Shown here: positions 53,071-64,000 of the stretch, in pieces
Position numbering within the stretch: position 1 is the first letter of the stretch
Layout of the letters: each line of letters opens with the position of its first letter
DNA from: Lama glama
Lineage: Eukaryota
Direction of reading: 5' to 3'
Assembly: GCA_028534125.1 (NCBI GenBank)
Contig: CM052816.1
Location: 32,180,001-32,244,000 of the forward strand
Length of the DNA stretch: 64,000 nucleotides
Program-made: the position numbers and the translations under genes
Notes under the pieces: generated by a model
The model's input: only the letters and a program-made list of their open reading frames with translations
What the model was told of the DNA's origin: nothing
Databases searched by the model: none

Positions 53071-53884
53071 TAAGAGTTTATATATCTAAATGGAGCTGTC
53101 AGGCCATTTATCCTGAGCTCACGATCACCCTGGCTCTACATCCACCTGCCATCCCCACCAGAAGGAGCCTGCAGTGCACCATCAGGGGCTGAACCTGAGG
53201 GGGAAACTGAAAGCATCAGGAAGAAAAACATCACCTGTGCCAAAAAGTGCAGACAGAATATTCCCTGCGGTGAAGCCTCCTAAGAAGTCACCAGAATGAC
53301 CTGTGAGGGGAGAAGCATCAGGCCACTGCTGTGCAGGGACACCGATTCCAGCCTGGTCAGTTTAGACATGCAAGGTCCAGTCCCTCTCCACCCTCTCCTC
53401 CCCATCCTCACCCTGGAAGAAGCAGAAACAACCTTGAGGATAGGGATGAGGATGTGGAAAACCCAGGAGGTGTAAGAGTTGGTCAAACTGTGTACCCCTT
53501 GCATACTATATCTTTCCCAGGTTCAAGCTGTGAAAGGGGAAGTTCTTAATTGGGTGAGAGACAGACGTTTGGATTTAGATGAGACTGCACTTCTAATGTC
53601 TAAAAATGAGACTGTCTCTAATGACTGAATATGATTAGAAAACTATGAGATCTGTCCTAGATAGTTTACTGGAGTGGAGAAGGGAGGTCAGACAGAAAGG
53701 GCTCAAGGGAAAGTAAAAATAAACAATGAAACAAAGTTGCTCCTGCTGGTGCCCTACCAATGAAATGGCTGTGTGGTAACATTTCTGGATCTGGCACAGA
53801 AGAGCTACAATCTTCAGGACTCCTGAGGAAAGAGAATTAACAGATGGTGTGGACTGACTATGTCCACACTCAGTGTGGGCCCTT

Positions 53885-54165
53885 TGAACTTACAACCTAA
53901 TAATTCAGTAAGGATTCATACATTCTAAGTCTTATAGATGAGGAAATTGAGACTCAAAAAGTTTATGGAAATGGCCCAAGGACACAGCTGGTAATAATAA
54001 TGATTATGACATTTACTGAGTAGACTGCACCAGCTCTGTGCTGAGCTTTACATGCATTTCTCATTTAATCCCAAGAATACTTTACAGGGTAGGTTCTATT
54101 TTTATGCCCAGATCAGGAAGTCAAACTCAGGTCTTCCCTGCCTCCTCCTGCTTCACCACCTTGGG
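53885..54165 (-). mobile_element. Two MIR fragments
   Basis: ttatagatgaggaaattgagactc...gcccaaggacacagctggt; catttactgag...ctcatttaatccc. Confidence 0.75.
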
Positions 54166-55427
54166 CAGTCTGGCGCTCTAAGAAGCCAAACAAAAGCTTA
54201 GGGCAGTATCCTTCAGTGAGGAAAAGGGCCCAAAGGCACCCTTAGAGCTAAAGAAAATGTGTTCTAGATTTAGTGCTTCTTTTTCTTTTCATGTCAAAAG
54301 CAGGTAGTTGTAACAAAATTACAGAATAGCGTAGATTCTACTTACTATCCATTTGTATCCCAAAATTACTTGATTCATACCAATAGTTGTTGGGCTGTTT
54401 TTAAAATACTCATTTTCTCTATTTAAAGCTGTCAGACACAAACTCTTGGGTTGCAGCCTGATGTAAAATTAACTACCAAGCATATTTCTACTGCCAAGAA
54501 TAAAAACTCAGAACCATAAAATGTAGATGGTTTACTGTGCTACAGTTAACTTTATAGTTAGCATTATTAGTTTTCTTCCTAAGGAAGAGCACAATATTAG
54601 GATTGGGACATATTGCTCTGTGCCAGGCAGTCACAGAGAAACTTATTACCAGGAGTCATTGAAACTGTACTAGCTGGAAAGGAAGGACAGATAACTACAG
54701 TACACAAGTACACAAATTACACCAGGCAGAAGGACAATGGAGCAGAGGGACAATAATAATCCTGGTTTATTTGGGTATTACAGAATGTGGCATTTGTAAA
54801 TCTTAGTTATGATGGTACTAAAATCTACAAAGACACCCTAAGTCATTACCTTGGCTTTTTTTAAATTTTTAGCTACAAGGAAGGGCTTGTATTGTACTTC
54901 TGCTCTGTTTCAGTAAGGAGTGGATTTTGTTTCATATTTTCTAGGCTTGTTTTAATTAAGAAATTCTACCACATGGAGACAAGTTAATTTCTAGAAATTA
55001 AGTTTATAACCAAATTTGTGAGACCTCTGCCCTTTGGGTAAACTTGTTTTGAGTAAACTGTAATCTTTAGCCAACATCTTTTGTTCTTGTGTTATCTCAG
55101 GATTTATTTTGAGTCCTTAGCACATAAGATACAGATAAACACTCTTGCTGTCACGGAATTGGTTTTCAAGGCAGACAATGAGAAAAAATGGAGAATTACA
55201 AAAGGGCCTATAATAGGAGCCAAAAAATTTTGTCAGATTTCTTAAACATGTCTAACTTCTTGGAGTTTGTTTATGCTATTACCTCATTTCTTTCCTTCTT
55301 GTGATGATTGGTTGTTAAACCATTAAAATAAAAAGATTCTGTGTTCTGTCTTTCTTTGGGTACAGAAAGCAAAGGAGTTCTCAAAGGACTGCATCTAAAT
55401 CCTTAGCCAGAATCATGGAAAGGGGAA

Positions 55428-55473
55428 ACAAACACACACACATGCATGCACACACGCACAAACACACACACAC
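55428..55473. repeat. Imperfect (CA)n microsatellite
   Basis: acacacacacatgcatgcacacacgcacaaacacacacacac. Confidence 0.9.
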
Positions 55474-57506
55474 GAAATGTGCAGTAGCATCATTAAACAA
55501 GGAAGGATTCTGGATTCAGTAAAAAGGAAGACCTTCAGGAAAGAACACCAGCGCCTAGGAGCAGCCTGGACCAGTCTGGAGTGAGGGAGGAGAACATCGC
55601 ACCACAGCACATAGTGGTGCACAATCAGAGGGACTGCCAACCCTTGTTCTGCCTTCCCTTCTGGAGACTGCAGACGGATGTGCATTTAGGTAAAGCGCCA
55701 GGCCACAGTAAGCATACCCAACCCAGCAAGGTCATGTCACATAAAAACTTTCTAACCGACTTTCTCCGTCTTGAAGGAGACATGGCCAAATCACTTCTCC
55801 CTAATAGGAGTGTTGGCAGAGAGTGTTGCAACATTCATTCTTTTCTGGTATTGTGGGCCTATCAAGCCAAACTGAAAAGCATCTTTAAACTAAAGAGCTA
55901 AAGTAATTATTCACAACATGGGGTGCTGAACAGTCACACAATCAAAAGTCATGGGATACCAGAACTGAAAAGTGGATAGGAGAAATGACAAATGACTGCA
56001 TCCTCTTATGGAGACGTTCCCTCTAAAGGGGACTTTTAAAATAGCCCTCCCAAGAGCAAGACTTCAAGGAGAAGGGGGAAAAAAAGATTTGTGTACTTTG
56101 CACATATTTGGATATTCATATTTGGAACGTCTTTTGGAAACCTCAACAAAATGGCCGCAGAAACCTGAATAAACACTGGCAATTTTTAAAGTAATGACTG
56201 CTCCCTTCCAAACCAATCTCGGAAGCAACAAAGAATACAGTACTGCAAGGAATAATTCAGCAGTCCATAAAAACAATTCTACTTTATTAAAGTGAGTGAT
56301 ACTCATGTATTACAAGAAACAAGGAAACATTCTCTGTTTCTGAAGCATTTATGGTTCATGTGTTAGTATTTAAACTAACCTGGATTATTCCCTCTTTAAG
56401 TAACAGTGTTATCTAAATTTAGGTCTCTTTTTTCCTTTGTTACATTTTTCTTATGTCACATGGTCAACATTAATGGTGCAGCACAGAAACACACATGCTG
56501 GTAATTATATTTTCCTTACTATGCATTTCTTTTCTGTTGTGGATTAATTCTTATGATCTTTTTCATGAAAGCCAAGCAAATCAGATTTATGTTCATGGAA
56601 CTGTAACAAGAATCTGGGAAATGTTTGTAATTGATCCCACATGTTCTGTTTGCTTAGATTCATAAAGCTGGAAGAGAATTTCAAGAGATCATGTGGGGAT
56701 TTTAGAAATTGAATTTTACATGATCTGATATCATTTACTAATTTTCCAGAAGGACAAATTTCTGAGCAAATGGATAATCTCTCGTAGGCCCCTAGAGTTC
56801 TCACTTGTAAGACTGAATCCACATTTGTATAAGAGAATACACCCTTTACAGATAAAGGGAATTCTGATGTCACCCTTGTGAAGATACCAGAAGGCAAGTG
56901 GCAGACACCACAGAACATCTTAAACAGTTCTGGTATCAAGAGAGACAGATGACACCAGAATTCCAACCAATTAAAAGCATAAAAGCATCTATGAAGCATG
57001 TATAAGTAGTCATTATTGTTTCCTAAATGTACTAGTGATGCAACATGCAATATAAAATAAAGTATGTTGAATGTCTACTTTCCCCATGTTGAGTCTACAA
57101 GGGATAATCCTGCTCAGTTATTCTTTGATCAGGAAATTGTTTTATTATCTGGTCTCCCAAGTATTCCTTGCCTTGAGGAAACTGAAAAAGTTCAGTCATT
57201 TCAGCCAACCCCATGCTGCTCAGGTGTTTGTATTTAAATAATCCAACTAGGTGGTTGCTCATCTAATTTTTAAACCCCTTCAGAAATAGGAATCTCATAA
57301 CCTTCTCATTACACCAAAATGCTTCCTGCATATAAATTTGCTCTTTGGGTTACTACCAAATTCTTTATAATGAGTAGACCTTATCGTAGCAGCAGACAGA
57401 TTTTGTAAGTTGGTAAAGAACTGATACCATATGGTAGGGAGCAAAGAGATAGCTGGAGAAAATAAAGAGGAATATTAAGACTAGCTCATGAGCACATGGT
57501 GCCTGG

Positions 57507-57689
57507 CAGTGGTTCTCAAACTGGGGCCTGCAACAGAATCACCTGGAGGACTCACTGAACAGAGTGCAGGACCCAGAGCTTCTAATTCAGTAAGTCTGGT
57601 ATAATGTAATACCTGAGTTACTGCATTTCTAATAATTTCCCAGTGAGGCTGAAGCTTCTGGTCCAGGGACCACATTTTAAGAACCACTG
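57507..57689. mobile_element. MER5A-like hAT-Charlie MITE
   Basis: Terminal inverted repeats cagtggttct...agaaccactg, about 185 bp, internal agaatcacctgg and gcatttctaa. Confidence 0.9.
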
Positions 57690-60600
57690 ACCTACAGCGT
57701 TTGCTCCTGAACAAAGCCCTAGCTTCCTGAGATACAGGAATGTATACAGGGTAAAGACAGAAAAATCTCAAGGGAAAAAAAGTTTGCTTTCATTTCTCCT
57801 AGAAACATTTTTCACATACCGTAAGGATTAGATCTGCAACCATTTGTCTCCCTAATGATGGAGCTAACTGCTCTGATCCAAAAAGACCCCAAATGGTTAC
57901 TGCCTAGCCTGAAGTGTTACCTCCCAAGATATTTACATTTCAGGGAGGAATAAGCTCCAGAACTTTGAGACATCTCTTGGTGGTAAAAGCCAAGACACAC
58001 AGGACATTCTGGCTCTTGGAGAGATTTTATTTATAAACTAAAGGGTTGAAGTAAGGATTCAGGCTCATTACGTTTCCAAGGAAACACTTTCAGGAAGAGA
58101 CGGGATTAGCTGTCTCACTCCCCGTTATAAGTAAAGAAAAATCATTTTCCTTGTCTCTTGCCTATGGAATGTCCAGCCACTCAAGTAGGACATCTGCCCT
58201 GACTTTTATCACATCACTCCAGAGGTGAGTTCTGGGGCAAAAGGGACTGAAGTGCTTAAGAAATCTCTTTCATCTATGATTGTTTGTATATGCATTCAAG
58301 ATTAAATTAATAAAAATTAGTAATAAAAACTTAGCATCCCAACCCTAAATCAGCTCTACTCTGATTGGGATACCCAGCATCTTCTGATAAAGGTTGAGAC
58401 TATACCCAATTGATTCTGTAAAAGGAATATTACAAATTTTATCCAAATGATTTCTACCTGGTGGAAAAAATAACCCCATATGTTATAGTTTATTGCCTTT
58501 TAGGCCATTAACCAGTTTCCAATCTAACTTAGCGATCTCATTCTAAGACACTCTTACTGAATTTCCTATAAATGCCCAGCTTCTCAAAGTGCTCTTGTAA
58601 TCAACCTTCCAAAGTTCCTTTATTAGCTGATGAGTTGAGTGAAATTGCTGATGGTTATTTATGTTTGTATGAGTCATTCTTTTAACTTTGAACATTACAC
58701 TTACAGACGGGTCCAACAGCCATCATTCCAACAAAGCCTGTAGCAATCAGACTTGCCCTGGTCTGTGCTGCTATTGCATCTCTACTACCTACTCATGGAA
58801 GTACTCCCTCTTCTCTTGACAAGCAAGGACTCAGTTTATTTGGGCAGGCGCCATCATCCCTCATCTAATATCCATGTGCACTCTACCCTGCTTGAAATGG
58901 GGAAAAGTTAACCCTTACATCTGCTCTTTGGACAAAGTTCTTCATAGAAATTCTAGGTAGCACAATTCCAGGCACCCTCGGACAGTCATGTAAAGCCCCA
59001 TTTAAATGATGCCCTCTGCAACTGTGCAATGTGGTGGCTCAGGATCAACCCCACTGGTTCTTGTCTTGGGAGGAAAACATTATGACATTATTTATATTTT
59101 ATCCATACTCTATGAGCCTGTAGTTGTAGAACAACCCACTCACACAGAGGAAAAAGAACCTACTCTAGGTTCACATCTGGAATTATATATTTAATGAAGA
59201 AGGAGGAATCCATATGCTGCTTAAATGTGTTTAATGAGCCTCTGACTCTTACATTTTTCTTGCTCTTATGTAGGAAGTCATTCCTTCTCTGTATAAGTAA
59301 ATACATTTAACCACTTCTTAACTCTTAAGCAGTAAGGAAGAACAGCCGGCCATAAAGGCAAGGCAGGCTCAGTTGTTTCCACTTGCTCCTTTCCAGAGCA
59401 TTTTTGCCTCAGAAGCCAATTCTGGTTGTTCCACCCAACTGTTTACCTGGTTCGTAGTATAACAGACCTTGTTAGGAGAGAGTTTTCTTAATTGTTGTTG
59501 TATGTGACACCACTGATAATCAACAACTCTCAGAAATGTATCATTGTACCACAAAACTCTGTTGAGAATATCATTCATTACGTCACAAGACGCCACCCTG
59601 TTAAGACTTCAGGAAAGAGCTGCCTGACCTCAGCCTCAGTGATGTCTCTGTACCTTAGAGCCACAAACATGTTTGTATCTTGAGTACAACTGATCCCATA
59701 TGCCTCTTTGCTGAACGGCTTCTAGACTATCAGACACAAACATAAGAACCTTCTTAAATCTCTGTGGTTGGTTTTTTATTATTATTGGCATTTCTTCCTC
59801 CATTTTAATATCCATGCCTTTGTGTTGCTCTTTTCTCTTTCCTTTAAAATTGTATCATTTTGCTTTCTTTTGTTTTCATTCCTCTCTCTCTCTCTCTCCC
59901 CAACTGTCATACAATCATACATTCACATAGATACCTGGAAATTTAAGATCTTTGTGGAACAGGCAGGCAGTAGAAGAAACTGTGGATTCTCTAAGTCCAG
60001 ATTGAGTACTCTAGCCATCTGCTTGCGTACGCCCTCATGACTTCACAAGTTATTCATCTGTAATCCCCCACCTTGTATTTTTCAATCTTTCTTCCCTACT
60101 TTTATTAAGGGCACTAATAAGCTCATCCAGTATTTAGTAAATTTTCCCCCAAAAAATGCAGTTCTTGATATTAGGTAGCTTCTTCAATGTTGTCAAGAAA
60201 CTGGGACATACTGGTTAAGGGGAATCATTTGTGTGGAGGAAGTGGTTTTTGAATAAGTAGGCAGTAATTTGTATATTCATGTCTCTGTGCAGCATAAGTA
60301 AAATTTATTACTGCAGAATATGTTTCTGATTGTGTTTTAAACTTTCACTGACCACCAGCAGCATATGAAGTACAGAAACAACAGCATTAGACCTAATTAA
60401 GCCCAGTGGGCACGCTGCCTAAAATGGTCATTTTCTTGCCTCTGTCTAATATAATTCTGTTTATTTGGTTTACCCTGTCAATTTAGGTTTTATTTGTCAT
60501 CTCTTATTCATCATTATTTTTTAAAGACCTACATCTATCACTAAAAATTCCAAGCAACACTAGTCATGTGAAGAAAAGAAAAATCTAATTTGTAGAAAAT

Positions 60601-61650
60601 ATCTGAGTCCCAACTTTGTTATAAATTCTGAGATTTATTTCTTTAATAATGTGTCAAGACAATCTGAATAATAGTTAGTCTTTTTACAGGTTTTAATGTT
60701 GTAAATTCTAGACGTTAAACTTTTTGCTTTAATTCTTGTTATTTCCAGGAATTCAAGGAATATGGAAATTATTCCCTCAAGTACACCATATTAATGCATT
60801 ATAATTTTTTATGTAACGTGATTACTTATATAAGATAAGAACAAGGACAGGGTGAAAATTACCCTCTCCTCCAAAAGAGGCTGTGGTACTGAGTTTTTTT
60901 ATACTTTATGAGTGCTACCTAAATATTTGTTGACTGTGAAAAGAAGACACACCTTCCTGGGTCCACTTCCATCACTCAGTCTCTCCACTGGCCTCAGGAT
61001 GCTTACACTGTGCTGTTACAGCTCTCACTGTCCCTGACCCATTTTCCCTTTCAGCTTTCTGTGCTCTTTGGCTCATATGTAGACAACATAAGTGCTCTTT
61101 GGCTCACTGACATCAAACCTGGGGAAAGGTGGGGAAGCTGCAATCCCTCTTCCTTTATTTAAATTGCATTAAAACCTCACAAGGAAGGCATATAGAAAGA
61201 AATCATATGGCTCAAATGGATAGTTGTAAATGCTCCTACACCAGGGCAATACAAAATGTGAAATATAACTCATCTCCCCACCCCAACCTGATGATATTTC
61301 AAACTCTTCCAAGTTCTAGCACTAGATTGAGAATTCACTTTTTGCTGGCTATTTCTAAAAATTCCAGATAAGTTACAGCCAGTGGACATGCTTTCTTTCT
61401 TGAGAATCAAAAAAAAAAAAGTGACAGAAATCTAAGACCCTCCGCCCCTGGAGATAGCTGAGTCACTCCAAAGCATCAGAAAATTTTCTATTCTGGCAAA
61501 ATTTCCACTCTCCCCTGCTTGCCTCATTTTTATGGCAGTTAGAAACTCACTGAAGAGCTTCTTACTACTCTTGAAGACCACATACATTTCCCTAGCCTGC
61601 AAAGCCCCACTGAAATGGCACCGAAGGAGGAAAACACAGCAACTATGCCT

Positions 61651-62114
61651 TGTATTAGTTCCCTGAAGCTGCTATGACAAACTACTGCAAACTGGGTGAC
61701 GTAAAAGAAATTGATGCACTTACAATTTTAGAGGGTAGTGATCTGAAGTCAGTATCACTGGGAGATTCAGGTGTCCTCAGGGCCACTGGAGGCTCTAGAG
61801 AAAGGCTGCACCTGCCTCCACAACTTCTGGCAGCCGCCTACATTCCCTGGCCTATGGCTGCATCATCCTCACCTCTACCTCCATGGCCACGTTTCCTTCT
61901 CCTCTTCTGTCTGTAACAAACCCCCCTCTGCCTCCCTCTAATGAGGATACTTGTGACTGCGTGGAGGGCCCACCTGGGTATCCAGGATACTCTCCTATTT
62001 CAAAATCTTTCACTTAACTACATCTGCAAAGTCTGCCACCTAAGAGAACATTCACAGTTTCCAGAGACTAGGACATGGATATCTTTCGAGGGGGCCATTA
62101 TTCATTCTACCACA
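61651..62114 (-). mobile_element. Complete MaLR solo LTR (MLT1C/D-like)
   Basis: tgtattagtt...ggggccattattcattctaccaca; 5-bp TSD TGCCT at 61646-61650 and 62115-62119. Confidence 0.88.
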
Positions 62115-62184
62115 TGCCTAAAAAGATACCAGGAGAGGGATCAACAGCACTTAAGCAAGCATGACTTTTTGGAAGATTAAAGTA

Positions 62185-62387
62185 GATGAAGCAGTTCAAT
62201 ATCACTAGTCATCAGAGAAATGCAAATCAAAACCACAATGAGATATCACCTCACACTTGTCAGACTGGCCATCATCAGAAAGACCACAAATAGCAAGTGT
62301 TGGTGAGGATGCAGGGAAAAGGGAAGCCTTGCACATTGTTGGGGAGAATGGAGATTGGTGTAAACACTATGGAAGACAGTATGGAAG
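62185..62387 (+). mobile_element. L1 ORF2 fragment
   Basis: atcagagaaatgcaaatcaaaaccacaatgagatatcacctcacac ([15 protein letters not shown]). Confidence 0.9.
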
Positions 62388-62774
62388 AGAGAATACTGAC
62401 AAAAAGTGAGACACTGCATCTATCCAGTGTCTGTCTCCAAGCCTGACAGGAGAGCAGAGCTTATTCTTTGGAGAAATAAAGTCCAAAGGCCTCACAGTTA
62501 CAGTCAACAAATAGAGTGGAGGAAAGGAGTGTGGCCCAGGATGAAAACTAGAGGATGAACTCAAAGAGCACATAGTGAACTAAGAGATTTGCAAGCCTCT
62601 TCCTCTGACCCACTCCCAAAATGCCACTATACAGCCCAAAGTCAAAGAAATGAGGAATTCCTCTCTGGAAAAAAAATGAACAATTTCAGAGACATGCATC
62701 TACAAGTAATAACATTTGGGGGCATCCCAGTGAAAAGACCAGTTCCTTCTTTTAAGACCTATAACAACAAGTCT

Positions 62775-64000
62775 CAATTTTTTTGTACCAGCACCTCCTT
62801 ATACTCATAAAAATTACTGATGACTCCAAAGAGCTCTTCTTTATACAAATTATAGTTATCAAACTTCACCACTTTAGAAATTAAATTGGGAATTTAAAAA
62901 ATACTTATTAATTTACTTCAAAATAACAATAATTCACCATCTAGATAACATAAATAATATATTTTTATGGAAAATAACTAATTATTCAAAACAAAAAAAG
63001 ATTTGGTGGAAGAATGGTGTTTAGGCAACCCCTCTAATGTCTGTCATAATAAAATACATCTGGGTTCACATGTCTCCTTTTGCATATAACCTGTTGCAAA
63101 ACGTTGTTTTGGTTGAAGTATATGAAGAAAATCTAGCTTCACACTAATATGCAGTTGGAAAATGGGAGAGTATTTAAATAGCCTTTCAGATAATTTCAGA
63201 TTGGAACTCCATCACAACTTGAAAATCAGTAGTTTCTTGAAAGGTTAGCTTCAGGCAGAATCCGAAACTTTATCAGTGAACTTTTTGTACTCTGTTACAT
63301 TAAAACCATTGGTCTATCTTGCACTTTGAATGTGTCTTTTGATTTTGTAACATCATGCATTTATTATTGGGAAAAATTTTTGCTCACTGAATTATACAGA
63401 TCTTCCAAATGTTGACATATTTTATTATATAATATCCAAAAAAATCACATTTGTTAATATTACCACTGATCTCATCAGAAAATTCTGTAAGTATTCGTAA
63501 GCTGTCAAGTTCCCAGTGGCCAATACAAGCGTTCCACACTTCTGATACTTCTTGAAAGCCCGAATTATATCACTGGCAATAAATAGTGTCATTTGTTTTC
63601 CTTAAAATGACAGGCTCACTCTACTCATTTTTAAGATGTCTGCCAGATATCCAACTCTAAATAATCAAAGTTTGTCTATCATTCATTCTTGCAAATAAAA
63701 ATGGTTTCCATGAAAAAATAAAAAACGATAACTTCAATTCTCAACTCAAACAGTTGCACTTGTGCTATTCATTGAAACAGGCACTGTATTACAGTATGCA
63801 GCAGAGGTGCCCTGGGCAGACTTGCCATTTTCTCACACAAAATGTGTACTTATTTCATAAACTTTACTATTTCACTGAGGTCAACCTTAAGTGAAACCAG
63901 CATGTTTTACAACACCATGTAGTGGTGAAGAATACCAGTATGGCTTGGTACCATTTCCTTTGTTTGTGGCAAAAGACTTCAGCAGTTTCATCCACCAGTG
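62775..64000 (-). mobile_element. Charlie1-like hAT DNA transposon with degenerate transposase, running off the window end
   Basis: Minus strand near 63740-63805 reads LLHTVIQCLFQ*IAQVQLFELR (hAT LLHTEVRWLSRG..L.RLFELR); Charlie1-like subterminal aaaaattactgatgactccaaagagct. Confidence 0.8.

Noticed and set aside
56544..57050. 168-aa minus-strand ORF, the longest in the track
   Set aside because: No recognisable domain, no supporting splice or promoter context, and composition typical of AT-rich non-coding DNA.
1..64000. CRISPR arrays, operons, rRNA or another prokaryote-type system
   Set aside because: The sequence is mammalian; no repeat-spacer array, gene cluster or rRNA similarity was seen.

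Overview
AT-rich eutherian genomic DNA, most likely camelid, judged from a Vic-1-like tRNA-derived SINE and the L1 3' ends. Most of the window is a fossil record of transposable elements: young and old L1, L2, CR1/L3, MIR, MaLR/ERVL LTRs, a degenerate ERV-L pro-pol internal region, and hAT-Charlie DNA transposons. I can support no intact protein-coding gene; the ORF-track entries are L1/L2/ERV remnants or chance ORFs. The only recognisable host-gene sequence is a 5'-truncated EEF1B2 processed pseudogene inside an L1, which is itself inside a MaLR LTR. The most unusual signal is three separate 70-150 bp pieces of local unique DNA copied 0.8-1.5 kb away (one inverted; two landed inside L1 sequence between short direct repeats), consistent with locally templated insertions. 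Also present: a perfect 13-bp estrogen-response-element palindrome, a 5'-inverted L1, an L1-in-L1 homologous junction and two weak exon candidates. I see no convincing new multi-gene system. Repeat subfamily names and most boundaries are by-eye estimates, and reference motifs are recalled, not searched.
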